This document shows positions 26,253 to 38,867 of a stretch of 64,000 bases of DNA, piece after piece. This stretch comes from Cetorhinus maximus (lineage: Eukaryota), in assembly GCF_964194155.1 (NCBI RefSeq), contig NC_135899.1, forward strand, positions 83,018,001 through 83,082,000, in the 5' to 3' direction. The position numbers and the translations under genes were made by a program. The notes beneath the pieces were generated by a model. The model saw only the letters and a program-made list of their open reading frames with translations, had not been told where the DNA came from and searched no databases. The first letter of the stretch is position 1, and every line of letters starts with the position of its first letter.

Positions 26253-27688
26253 CCATAAGACCATAAGACATAGGAGCAGAAATTAGGCTATTCGGCCCAT
26301 CGAGTCTGCTCCGCCATTCAATCATGGCTGATAAGTTTCTCAACCCCATTCTCCCACCTTCTCCCCATAACCTTTGATCCCCTTACCAATCAAGAACCTA
26401 TCTATCTCGGTCTTAAATACACTCAATGACCTGGCCTCCACAGTCTTCTGTGGCAATGAATTCCATAGATTCACCACTCTCTGGCTAAAGAAGTTTCTCC
26501 TCATCTCTGTTCTAAAAGGTCTTCCCTTTACTCTGAGGCTGTGCCCTCGGGTCCTAGTCTCTCCTTCTAATGGAAACATCTTCCCCACGTCCACTCTATC
26601 CAGGCCTTTCAGTATTCTGTAAGTTTCAATCAGATCCCCCCTCATCCTTCTAAACTCCATCGAGTATAGACCCAGAGTCCTCAAACGTTCCTCATATGTT
26701 AAGCCTTTCATTCCTGGGATCATTCTCGTGAACCTCCTCTGGACCCTCTCCAGGGCCAGCACATCCTTCCTGAGATATGGGGCCCAAAATTGCTCACAAT
26801 ATTCTAAATGTGATCTGACCAGAGCCTTATAAAGCCTCAGCAGCACATCCCTACTTTTATATTCTAGTCCTCTCGAAATAAATGCCAACACTACATGCTA
26901 AGTAGTATGTCATAAATGTTCAGCTTACAGGCAGCTTGATGTTCATTCTTGAACATGCACAACTTAGGATTATCAGAAAGCAATGCATGATTTTCTTTAA
27001 AAAATTTAAAAAATAAAGTTCTGGATTAAGATCATCAGGTTTTAAGTTACAGCCCAACTAAGGAAGCCTTCCTAACTACCGACTCAACCTGCAAGTTAAC
27101 CTTAAGAGAATCCTGGACTAGGACTCCCAAGTCCCTTTGCGCTCCAGATTTCTGAATTCTCTCCCCATTTAGAAAATAGTCTATGCCTCTATTCTTCCTA
27201 CCAAAGTGCGTGACCTCACATTTGCCCACGTTGTATTCCATCTGCCACTTCTTTGCCCATTCTCCTAACCTGTCCAAATCCTTCTGCAACCACCCCGCCT
27301 CCTCAATACTACAGTCCCTCCACCTATCTTTGTATCATCTGCAAACTTAGTCAGTGTGCCCTCAGTTCCTTCATCTAGATCATTAATGTATAAAGTGAAA
27401 AGTTGTGGTCCCAACACTGACCCCTGCGGAACTCCACTAGTCACCAGCCGCCATCCTAAGAATGACCCCCTTATCCCCACTCTCTGCCTCCTGCCAGATA
27501 GCCAATCTTCTATCCATGCTAGTACCTTGCCTTTAACACCACGGGCTCTTAACTTACTGAGCAGCCTCCTGTGCGGCACCTTTTCAAAGGCCTTCTGGAA
27601 GTCCAAGTAGATAACATCCATTGGCTCTCCTTTGTCTAACCCAATTCTAACAGATTTGTCAGGCATGACCTCCCCTTGATGAAACTTG
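26253..27688 (-). mobile_element. Young 5'-truncated CR1 LINE
   Basis: Long open RT ORFs ([24 protein letters not shown], intact 183-aa C-terminus), (TCTTATGG)n tail, candidate TSD ATGAAAGA. Confidence 0.93.
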
Positions 27689-28096
27689 ATGAAAGAATAA
27701 GAAAAATTAAATTAAGTTAGGCAAGATGTAGCAGAGGCACAATTACACATATATATTCATTAGGGAAGAGGACTGATGGACAGCTAATGTGATTCACATA
27801 TTTAAAAAGGGAGATAGAACAAGTCCAACAACCTATTGGTCAATTAGCTTAATGCCGGTAGTAGGGAAAATCATAGAACCCTTGTTCAAAGGTGCAATAG
27901 AAAAACATTTGCAAGTGAAAATATAATAGAGTAGTCAGCATGTATTCCAAAAGTGATGCTTGACAAACCTTATTGAATCCTTTGAAGAAGTAATAAAGCA
28001 GAGATAAGGTAATGCAGTAGATAAATATATTTGGATTTCCAAATAATCTATGATAAGGTACTGCATAGCAGAGTCTCGGCTAAATTAGAACATGCT

Positions 28097-28690
28097 GGGC
28101 AGGATTTTCCCTGCAGGCTTCTCACTGCTTGCTGGGTAAAATGGGGGTCAGATGGCCACGCTTTGTGGGGAACAGCCAATAGATTGAAGACCCTACAGTT
28201 TGAAAGCTGCAGCACAATGCCATGGCAAGTAAGTGAGGGAGAGGGAGGCCCTCTCTCTCCAACTTTTTCAAATTTAAACTAAGAAAGGGCTTTCACTGCT
28301 GGCCACCACTGAAGGCAAGTCCCGATCCACAGAGCGGCCTTCAGCTACTGCTGAAACCAAGCAGGCAGGAATGACTCCAAACCTGCCTGGAGTGCCGGTC
28401 CCTTGCTTAGCTGCCAAGAGGCTGCCTCCAGACAACTGACCTCTCCCCTGCTAGCTGCAGGAACCTGGAGGCTGACCGGAACATTCGCCATTGGTCTTTT
28501 AATTAGCTTAGTACCCATTGTTTGGAGGTGGGTAGGCCTGCCGCTCTTCCCCCAGCATCCCCCCCCATCCCCCCCCTGACCCCCACCACCCAACACACTT
28601 CAGGGAAAATGGCCAGGGGCAAGATGGAGCTGGGGAAATTGTACACCTGCCCACCTCTGTTCCCACCCCCAGCAGGGGGTAATCCAGCCT
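28097..28690. mobile_element. Harbinger-type MITE inserted in an old CR1 fragment (~27770-28745)
   Basis: GGGCAGGATTTT...TAATCCAGCCT termini. Confidence 0.6.
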
Positions 28691-28796
28691 ATCAAATCGG
28701 AGATAAGTGGCAGCAAGGGTAGCAAGCTGGCTATCCTAGATTTGGTGGGTGGACTCCAACTTCACTTCTAATCACTGGATTTCAATCCATACTGGT

Positions 28797-29172
28797 AGTG
28801 TTTGTGTTTGTCTGTGTGTCTGTCCGTGTGTGCGTGTGTGTGCATGTATGCGTTTTTGCATATGTGTGTGTGTCTGTGTGTGTTTTGTGTGTGTGTGTCT
28901 GTGTCCATCCATGTGTATGTCTGTGTTTGTGCATGTGTGTGTTTTTGTGTGTGTGTGTGCATGTGCGTGTTTTATGTGTGCATGTATGTGTGTTTTGTGT
29001 GTGCGTATGTGTGTGCCTGTGTGTGTTTTCTGTGTTTGTGTGTGTGTTTTATGTGTGTGTGTTTTGTTTGTGTGTTTTTGTGTGTACATGTGTTTTGTGT
29101 ATGTTTTGTTTGTGTGTTTTTGTGTGTACATGTGTTTTGTGTATGTTTTGTGTGTGTGTGTTTTGTGTGTGT
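28797..29172. repeat. Degenerate (TG)n low-complexity tract
   Basis: Direct; produces the spurious C/V- and H/T-rich ORFs. Confidence 0.95.
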
Positions 29173-30214
29173 AAGCTCTTGTGTGAGTCTAGTGAGGGCA
29201 GGGTCAGCTGGAAAGAAATTCTCCTTCCCCTGTCCCATCATGGTCAAATACCCAGCCAACAACTTTGACCCATGGATATTAACCCATTGGAGGGCTGGTG
29301 ACATGTGTGGAATTGTACTCAGCAAGGAGTCAATGTTTTCAATAGAGCAGAAATAAAAAGTAGAAATCATAGAATCATAGAATGGTTACTGCAGACAAGG
29401 AGGCCATTCTGCCAATCGTTTCCATGCCGGTTCTCTGCAAGAGCAACTCAACTAGACCCACTCCTCCATAGCCCTGCAATTATTTTTCTTCAGGTGCCTA
29501 CCCAATTCCCCTTTGAAAGCCACAATTGAATCTTCCTCCAACACTCGATGTCACTTTGGTTCTTTTCTTTGCCCATTGGAAAAAGGTTAGAACTGTGGCA
29601 CCCTCCCAAAATTTCATCAACAAAGAATTACACCTGCACATTTCCCAAGCACAGTTAGAACATTTTGTCAGTGTTTTAAGGAGGTTCATTTTAAGGAGGC
29701 GGTTTATGGAGGACAATTTGCAAACGCTGTCAATCCACCTATGGGATTTGTAGAAGTAATGGGGAAACAGTGCAGGAAATATTTATTTATAACAGGCAGC
29801 AGCAGAAATGACATGCTAATGTGTCAGCCAGAAATGCAGAAATTAGGATTTGAGACATTGCTGGTAGCTTACAATGTGTCCAGCCCTACACACATCTAAT
29901 AACCTTGTCAGATTCCTGGGATCCTTTCTTCTATCCCTCGACCTGAGCGGGCTGCAGGCCCCAGTTTCAAAAACCTGTCTTCTTAGAAAGGAAATCCTAC
30001 AATTCAATGGCTTCCAGAAACTGAGCCAATTCCAGAAATGATCCAAGAAATTTTATCAATACATCCAGACCAAGAGGAATTTGAGACATTGCAACCTTGT
30101 CCTGGAGATAAATTGTTTACATTTTGCATTTTGCAAGACAACATAGGAAGGAAAACTATGCAAAGATGTCAGATATCATACAGATGGATATTGTTTTCCC
30201 TTTCCTGAGTGCAT

Positions 30215-31135
30215 TGATTCTCTTACAGAGCTATAGTTGATGGGTAGGAAAGTAAGTTGTGAAGAGGATAAAAGGAGACTACAAAAGGGTGTAGAAAAGT
30301 TAAATGAGTGGGTGAAGATCTGGAAAATGGAGTATAATGTGGCCATTTTGGCAAGAAGAATAAAAAGAAACACTTTAGCTAAATGGTGAGAAATTGTAGA
30401 GCACTGAAAAGCAGAGGGATCTGGGTGTCCCGGTGCATGAATCGCAAAAGGCTAACGTGCAGGTACAGCAAGTAATTAGGAAAGCAAATAGACTGTTATC
30501 AATTATTGTGAGGGTAATTGAATACAAAAGTAGGGAGGTTATGCTTCATTTGTACAGGGCACTGGTGAGGCCACATCTGGAGTACTGCATACAGTATATG
30601 TCGCCCTATTTCAGGAAAGATGTAAATTCGTAAGAAGCAGTTCAGAGAAGGTTTACTAGGCTAATACCAGGAATGGGCAGGTTGTCTTATGAGGAGTGAT
30701 TGGACAGGTTGGGCCTGTATCCACTGGAGTTTAGAAGAGTAACAGGCGACTTGATTGAAACCCTTAAGATCCTGAGGGGTCTTGACTGGGTGGATGTGGA
30801 GAGGATGTTTCCTCTTGTGGGAAAATCTACAACTAGGGGTCACTGTTTAAAAATAAGGGGTCACTCATTTAAGACAGAGATGAAGAGAGATATTTTCTCT
30901 CAGACGGTCATAAGCTTTGGAACTCTCTTCCTCAAAAGGCAGTGGAAGCAGAGTCTTTGAATATTTTTAAGGCAGAGCCAGATAGATCCTTCATAAGCAA
31001 GGGGGTGAAAGGGTATTGGGGGTAGGTGGGAACGTGGAATTGAGGTTACAGTCAGATCAGCCATGATCTTCTTGCACGGTGGGGCAGGCTGAAGGGGCCA
31101 AGTGGCCTACTCCTGCTGCTAATTCGTATGTTCAT
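30215..31135 (+). mobile_element. CR1 LINE 3' fragment
   Basis: LVRPHLEYC, LEFRRVTGDLIE, 3'UTR tail. Confidence 0.88.
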
Positions 31136-31413
31136 ATATATGTTCGTATGTATGTACATGTGTAAGAGTGTGAGTCACCCACTCATTCCTCATCTGAGTG
31201 GCCATTTTTCCATGTCAGTGAATGCTATCAGGGCATTCAGCCGCAGCGCACAAAAGCCGCGCTGTATGGCAAATAAAATCCAGAACGGTGGAGAGTTTCC
31301 CTTGCATAGTAAAGTATTTTGTAATTGGTAAGGCTAGGGTGAGCGACATGCATCCTTTTCAATGCCTGCGTTTCACCTTGCCGGATCTGAAGTTTACATG
31401 TTATAGACATAAG

Positions 31414-31911
31414 GGGCAGGACTTTATGCGTCGGCGAGCGGGGGCGGGGCCCACGCGCTGATTCGTAAAATGACGCACGGTGATGTCGGGGGGAACTCCC
31501 GACGTCATCCCGCCCCATTTAAATTTTCAGGAAGACGGGGGTGCAGCAAAATCAGCTGCGTGCCCGCCAACCTGTCAATGGCCAATTGAGGCCATTGACA
31601 GAGTCAATTAAGCAATTAAAGGACCTGCCCATCCAACCTTAAGGTTGGCGGGCAGGCCAGGAGCCCCGGCGGGAACTAGAAAAAACATGAAACCTCATCC
31701 ACCGGCAGGATGAGGTTTCATGTAGGCTTTAAAAAATTTTAACAAAGTTTTTGTGAAAATTATGGACATGTCCCATGAGGGGACATGTTAGGGAAATTTT
31801 ACTGTTCTATTTTTAAGTTTTTTACATTTTGAGCCGATCTCCCTGAGGCTGCACTTAGCCTGTGCGTGCCCGCCATTCAACTTCGCCCCCGACGAGGGGA
31901 TAATTCAGCCC
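31414..31911. mobile_element. Harbinger-type MITE
   Basis: GGGCAGGACTTTAT...ATAATTCAGCCC termini; GC-rich with an internal short inverted repeat. Confidence 0.65.
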
Positions 31912-32305
31912 ATGGTACGAGGGCAGATGTGACGGAGACAGCATGTTAGAGGAAGTGGATCAGGAAAGTGTCACGGGAAGTAAAAGTTACAGTTAAAGGA
32001 TCTGAGGATCATACAGTCACAGGGAATCAGATACTATATTATTTAATAATGATTAAAGGTTATTAATAATAGGATAAGTGTGACAGGAAGTAAATGAGAT
32101 AAAGACATGGATTTGTCCACACTTATAGACAAGACTTCAATACATAGATGAACATATGAAAAGGTGATTCTAGAACTTGTCACAGTTTTCTACAGAGTGA
32201 AGATTGAAACTCTGATTGACTTTATTTAAGACTTGGTTCTATGGATGTTGACCACAGTGAGGGAGGATGCATTTGTCGTCCAACTCTGGTTGCCCTGAGA
32301 TGGTA

Positions 32306-32553
32306 AAAACAGAAAGTGCTAGAAAAACTCAGCAGGTCTGGCAGCACCTGTGGCAAGAGGAACAGAGTTAACGTTTTGAGTCCAATATGAACACTTCTTC
32401 GAAACTGAGAACTCAGTTCCGATGAAGAGTCATTTTGGACTCGAAACATTAACTCTGTTTCTCCCTCCACAGATGCTGCCAGACCTGCTGAGTTTTTCCA
32501 GCACTTTCTGTTTTCATTTCAGGTCTCCAGCATCTGCAGTATCTTGCTTTGAA
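32306..32553. mobile_element. Inverted pair of Penelope-type pseudo-LTR short repeats with degenerate hammerhead cores
   Basis: AAAACAGAAAGTGCT..AAAAACTCAGCAGGTCTGGCAGCA and its reverse complement; CCGATGAAGAGTC-GACTCGAAAC. Confidence 0.65.
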
Positions 32554-32604
32554 ATTATTGCCCTGAAATGTTGATGCCTTCCTCTTTGTGATGAAAGTGT
32601 ATTA

Positions 32605-34295
32605 GGCCTGAATTTTCCCCTTGGCAGACGCACATGACCAGCGGAACCAGGACCTGTCGGGAAACAGGCCCCCGAACGCGATTGGCCCACGACCGCGATT
32701 TCACGCTAGCTGGCCAATTAAGGCCCGCCCAGCAGGAAATGCATCTTCCCAGTGGTTGGGAAGGGCTGGGCAGGGGCCTGTCGGGCGCTGAGTCCAGTGA
32801 TGACCCAGCGGGCGGTTTAAAAATGGCACAGGCAGCTTCTTGAAGGCTGCCTAGGGAAAAATCATATATTCTGCGTTCGGGAGGGTGAAGTGATGGCCTC
32901 AACAGCGGCTGGAGACAACCAGGCGGGAGGGCAGGTCCAGTGGGCACTTGTCCCCCCGCCCCCACCACGCCCCCCCTCCAGACCATTTTTTGCCCCGCGG
33001 TGCTCTTGGAGGAGGTGGCTGCCAGGAGGGACACCCTCATTCCCAGAAATGGAAGGAGGAGGCCGTTGCACCAGACAAAAAAAGCTTGGGAGGAGGTGGC
33101 AGCCAAGGTCAGCAGCCAAGACACTGTGCGGCGCACATGGGTGCAGTGTCGTAAAAGGTTCAACGACCTGCTGCGCTCGGGAAGGGCGAGTATCATGTTG
33201 GCTTGGATTAGTGTGGTGAGGTGTTAAGGGCTGGCCATTCCCCGCCCCCCTCCCCCCACCTTGGAGCATAGGGGTGTTAGAGTCTGAGTGTCAACCGTCA
33301 ATGACACCGGATCCGGCCATGGGGCTGAGCCCTGGCTGCTTGGACTGAGTGCCTTGGGGCTCGAGGACCACAACTCGGCTGTGCCTTGCCAGGTGCTCCT
33401 CAGCTGGGGTTGGCCAGGCGGCAATGGCGCTGCAGGGAGAGAGTGGAATTATCAATGCTCCTCTGTCCTTTCCGGAGAAGACGATCCATAACAACATTGA
33501 GAGATCTCAGACAGGCGGAAGCCCCCCAAGTCTCCTAGTATTGACCGGATTTGAGCAGGACGCCTTGGAGCTGGAGACATGCCAAGTACTTCATTCAGCC
33601 GGCCGTGGAGAGGCGGGGCTGTCAGACGAAGGTAAGAGTGCAGTGCACAGAGGTGAGAGTTTCAGATTGTGCAAACATTCTAGTGTAGTCTCTTAATGAT
33701 GGGAGCCTCAAAACTGGATTCCCCATTGATCATTGAAAGTCGAGGGCACCATGATGCAGATCTCCAGGGTGCCTGGCATGCACAGTGACAGTGTGAAGAC
33801 TTAAACTAATGACGTGTGGTTGTTCTCCCTTAGATTCGCCAGTGCGCACTCTATCACAGGACCCCGAAGAGCCACCACTGATGCCAGAGGACCACCGGGC
33901 TTCAGCTGCACCAGCGTCACACCTGCTCTTTGAACCAGGCACCAGCGCAGATACCAGCACCTCAGTGGGTGTTAGATCTTCGGCTAGAATGTTGGGGCAC
34001 AGCAGTTAGGGCACTTCACACTCGCTTGAGGGGCAGGTGGAGTCAGAGAGTGCCCACGGCGCCGGCAGTTGGAGAACTGCTGGGGACCAGGACGATGCTC
34101 AGTCGAAGGCAGATGATGAGCCTCTGGAGTTGTCCATTCGGCGGCAGATGTTGGATGTCCAGCGAGATGTGTGGCAGGATCTGGTGGAGATCCATGAGAT
34201 TATGCATGCAATGATCTCTGTGTGGAGGAGTCCATGTGCAGCATGAGCACTGCGTTGACCCTCATGGCCGAGCGCACTGCCTCCTCCATTGAGAG
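32605..34295 (+). mobile_element. 3'-truncated PIF/Harbinger element with a degenerate multi-exon Myb/SANT-like gene
   Basis: TTA|GGCCTGAATTTT left end; VLLEEVAARRDTL...AWEEVAAKVS...RTWVQCRKRFNDL, then EKTIHNNIERSQTGG. Confidence 0.8.
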
Positions 34296-34499
34296 TTAAA
34301 ACCAAGCTTAACTCTTAACTTATTTCTTTTACAGCTGTGGGACATTATGTATGCTTTTTTACTGTGGCATGACCATACTCCAATTACCTGGATTCCCATA
34401 AGGTGTAAATAAGCAGTGATCTTAAAGGCTAGCAGTTATACATCCAGACCACACTTGAGGCATCAGACTAACTATAAGCAATGTCATAGTGGAGATACA

Positions 34500-35428
34500 T
34501 GTAAAGAACCTATTTTTATTTTTCTTGGACTGTGGCTTTAAAATTGGACTGTGGCTTTAAAACTACCATGGCTGCAGTTGAAAGACATGTTCACTGGAAC
34601 AGGATGAGGAATATACAATGTTGCTATCTCCTGGAACAGAGTCTGCCAGTTTGGACAAAATGGTGCCGGAAAGGGGTCCTGAACTAAGGGGAATTACATT
34701 GCAACAACATTTTAATTGGCTCCTGATGAGGTGACCAAGGTTTTGTGTGATAGCAGTGAGCAGAGAGATCCTAGCCTGCAAGGAGAACACACCTAAAACC
34801 TCTCTCTCTCCTGTGTGTGTAAGATTCCATTAAACCTACAAGGCTAGGTAGCTGGCTTTTTCTTTATATCTCTGTAACCTCCTCTCTCTGAAAAACCTCC
34901 TGTCAAGAGGAAAAGGGGAAAATCACCAGTAGAGACATTGAAAAGCAAGTTTTCAAACAGTGAACTACAGACTGAAAGTGCTAGAAGACCATCTTGTGTT
35001 ATTAACAACAAACTGCAAGGAATTTGGGAAGACATCAATCAAAATCAACCTATCTAATCAAATACTCCAGGTTGGTGCTATTGAACTGTTTTCACTCGCC
35101 CTTAAAATCCATGTTTTGTATGTTTTATGTGTGTGTATGTGTGTGTGTGTATAGAGGTTAAGAAGGGGTAGAGTTTAAGTTATAGAGTTAAAAGTTAGCG
35201 GTTCATATTTCTTTCTTTTGCCACTGGTTAAGGACAATTTATTTAATAAACAGTTATTTACTTGTTAAGTTTACAAACCTAGTGCTTGTATTCTGTTAAC
35301 CTAAATCAAACAGTTAGGTAGAATTGGGGCAATTTGGTGGTCCAATCAAACTTTTCACATTTGTCGCGGCTCGGGGAGCAGTGGGGCTTGACATTACAGC
35401 GCACTATCCCCAGTGAGTCATGGCAACA
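34500..35428 (+). mobile_element. Solo-LTR-like element flanked by a 60-bp direct repeat
   Basis: TGTAAAGAA...GGCAACA ends with internal AATAAA; flanking copies at 34441-34500 and 35427-35486. Confidence 0.6.
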
Positions 35429-37030
35429 TCCAGACCACACTTGGGACGTCAGACTAACTATAAGTAATGCCATGGTGGAGATCCATCGGGAATACAAATA
35501 AATTTAATATTTAAAAGTCAGTTCTGTATTGGCAATGGCGCTCTTGAGATCCATAGTTAATATTCAGTCACTTCTTGCCTGACCACTTGATGGTGCTGTA
35601 GACAGGAAGAGAAATACATCAAATCAGTACCCTCATGTCACCTCTTAAACTGATGAACATCAATTTTAGATTAACTCATTTTAGTTAATAATATAAATTC
35701 ATATTTGAAAAAGAAGTGCATTTGGCATTTGAACATTGCCTGCACAGATTTTCAGTTTGCTAAGCTGTAAGTGCATCTTCAATTATTAATTTTGATGGAA
35801 TTTTTAAAAAAGTTACAAATGCATGCAAATCGTAATGAAACAGTTTCATTATGATTGCATGTTCTGTACAACTATTTATCTACAGTAGTAGTTTTTTTTC
35901 TGGGATCTAATTGAAATTTCAAACTATCTAATATTTAGGGGCAATTTCATTTCTCCTCTCTGGAAGATACTGACTCATACTGGTTTCTGTGTGGTCTCTG
36001 ATTAATGTGTGGTCATGCATAAATCAGGATCCTGAGGTCAATAATTATTATTGTTAAAAGAAATCTAGAAATCCAGGTGGGGAGAAAAACAGAAAATGTA
36101 AGAAGTACATAGTGCTTCATATGTGAACATATAAGAACTAAAATCAGATTAGTGTTTAGATAGGATCCTTCACTGGAAGCTATCATTGGTCTTGGACATT
36201 CTGTAAATTTTCATTCAGGTTGACCCTCTTTCTCACCCTGAAGTGGTTTATATTCTTCCCCTTTTAAAAAATTGGTTTTTAAATTAGTGTGCCTGCACTC
36301 TAGTGGATTGACAAGGGCATTCCAAGGCATCAGTGAGTTTCACATATTCCTATCCATTTAAGAACAGAAGAAATAGGAATTGGAGTAGGCCATTTGACTC
36401 TTCAAGATGGCTCCATCATTCAACAAGATCATGGCTGATCTTCTCTTCACCTTCCCACACTATTCCCATATCCCTTAATTCCCTGAGCATCCAAAAATCT
36501 CGGACTTATACTCAATTACTGAGCATCCTTGGCTCTCTGGGTCATCAGTCTGCCACCAGATTTCTGTACTTATCTGCATTTGTTGATACACTAATGTTAT
36601 TTATATTGCCAGACACTAGTAAAAAGAAATTCTGCAAATGATTGCACAGCTTCCCTTTCTCTAACTGACATGGTCTTTCGGAAGTTAAGACAGGGGGGGC
36701 TCCAGGATGGTTCTGTTATGTACAGATATGGTAATCCATGAACTTAAAGAAAACTCAAACCCACCAGTACGCCTACAATTGCCTTAGCAACCTACAGGTT
36801 CAGGTTTGACATGGCCTATGGAAGTGGTCACTCTGGATGCCTGCTTCTGCCCTGCAACATGGTCCATACCTGAGTCGTCCTGGAGAGGCTGAGTTCCACT
36901 GATACAGTTGAGGCCTTCCAATGATTGGTGGGCACATATCACTGGGTGCAGTTGCCTCTTAGATGTTCACCATAACACTAATATTTAATTATTCTTTATT
37001 ATTAAAGAAGAAGACTTGCATTTATACAGC

Positions 37031-37760
37031 TGTTGGGATTTGGACTCTATATTAAACCCCAGAGTAAGAACATTCTTGTCGGAGAATAATCTATTGGCCA
37101 AAAAGGACAATCACTAATTTAGAATGCAAACTAACACGGTTCATTGGACAACAAAGGTTAATACAATAAAAGGTAATAACATTCCACTAGTCGAGGCATG
37201 GCACGATGTCTTCCCCAGGACTTCAGGGGTGTTCTCTTCTCCCTGGTTCCTTACATCTGGTTTCTTGGTTCAGGCATTCTTTGAAGTTTTAACTTGTTCA
37301 ACTTGACTGTAACATACATACGAAACCCCTTTTGCAGCTTTAAAACTTCAACTCTATTTCCCAGTCTACCTTAAAAGCTGTAGCTGCATGTTTCACAGCT
37401 ACTTACAGAAAGCTTTTCTCGCTCTCTCTCAAGATGAAAGCAGCTTCCTTCCAAAGACTGTTCACTTTTGCTTAAGGCAATTATTTGAGCCCTAATACTG
37501 AATTCCAATCTAATCTGGATTTCTCATGGCAAACCCCAACCCGCTGGCTATTCCGCTAGTCACTTCTGGATTGTTACAGTAACCCCAGCCTATGACAATT
37601 TAGTCACTTTTGGATTCTTACGGCAGTCCCCAACCTATGACAACGATAATAGTCACTTTTGGATGCGATGTCTTACGCAATTGCTAACTTCCTAGCAAAT
37701 GCACTTCTACTAACTCCGAGCTTTCTCTCCCAGCGAGAACCCCATTAGCAAGTGTTCTGA
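37031..37760. mobile_element. LTR-like fragment
   Basis: TGTTGGG start and internal short tandem duplication; composition resembles the other LTR-like pieces. Confidence 0.35.
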
Positions 37761-38867
37761 GATAAAACTGAGATGCGAAGGAATTTCTTCACCTCAGAGG
37801 GTAGTGAATGCCTGGAATTCTCTATCCCAGAGAGTTGTGGAGGCTAGATCACTGAAAGCATTTAAAGAGGGGGGTAGATAGATTTATGAAATATCGGGGA
37901 GTTGAGGGTTATGAGGAGCTGGCACGAAAGAGGAGTTGAGGCCCGGGGCAGATCAGCTGCAAAAGGATATAGACAGGTTAAATGAGTGGGCAAAAATTTG
38001 GCAAATGGAGTATAACGTGGGTAAATGTGAACTTGTTCACTTTGGCAGGAAGAACAGAAAAGCAGTATACTATATAAATGGAGAAAGATTACAGAACTCA
38101 GTGGTACAGAGGGATCTAGGTGTCCTGGTACATGAATCACACAAAGTAACATTGCAGGTAGAGCAAGTGATTAGGAAGGCAAATTGAATGTTGGCATTTA
38201 CTGCAAGAGGAATGGAATATAAAAGTAGGGATTTTTTACTACAGCTGTACAGGGCCTGGGTGAGACCACATCTGGAGAACTGTGTGCATTTTTGGTCTCC
38301 TTCTTTGAAAAAAGATATAATTGCTTTAGAAGCAGTTCAAAGAAGGTTCACTGGACTCATTCCTGGGATGAAGGGATAGTCTATACCCCTTGGAGTTTAG
38401 GCCTAGACCCCTTGGAGTTTAGAAGAATGAGAGCTGATCTTATTAAAATATATAAGATCCAGAGGGGACTTGATAGGGTGGATTCCCAGAGAATATTTCC
38501 CCTTGTCGGGGAGATTAAAACTAGGGGAAGATAAAACCAAATACTGCGGATGCTGGAAATCCAGTTAAAAAATCCAGTTGGCTCTAAAGAGTCATATGGA
38601 CTCAAAACATTAACTCTGTTTCTCTCTCCACTGATGCTGTCAGACCTGCTGAGTTTGTCCAGCGCTTTTTGTTCCTTTTCCAGCATTTTCTGTTTTTATT
38701 GAAAACTAGGGTACATTGTTTAAAAATGAGAGGTCTCCCTTTTAAGACAGAGATGAGGAAAAACTTTTTCTCCCAAAGGATCACTGGTGTGTGTGATTCT
38801 CTTCCCCAGAAAGCGGCGGAGGCTGTATCTTTGAATTTATTTAAGGCAGAGTAAGATTTTTTGGTAA

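Noticed and set aside
26340-27666. Open reverse transcriptase ORFs as an active or novel RT system
   Set aside because: Ordinary 5'-truncated, frameshifted CR1 copy with no endonuclease or ORF1
28749-29370. Cys/Val-rich and His/Thr-rich ORFs of 119-184 aa
   Set aside because: Translation artefacts of the (TG)n tract
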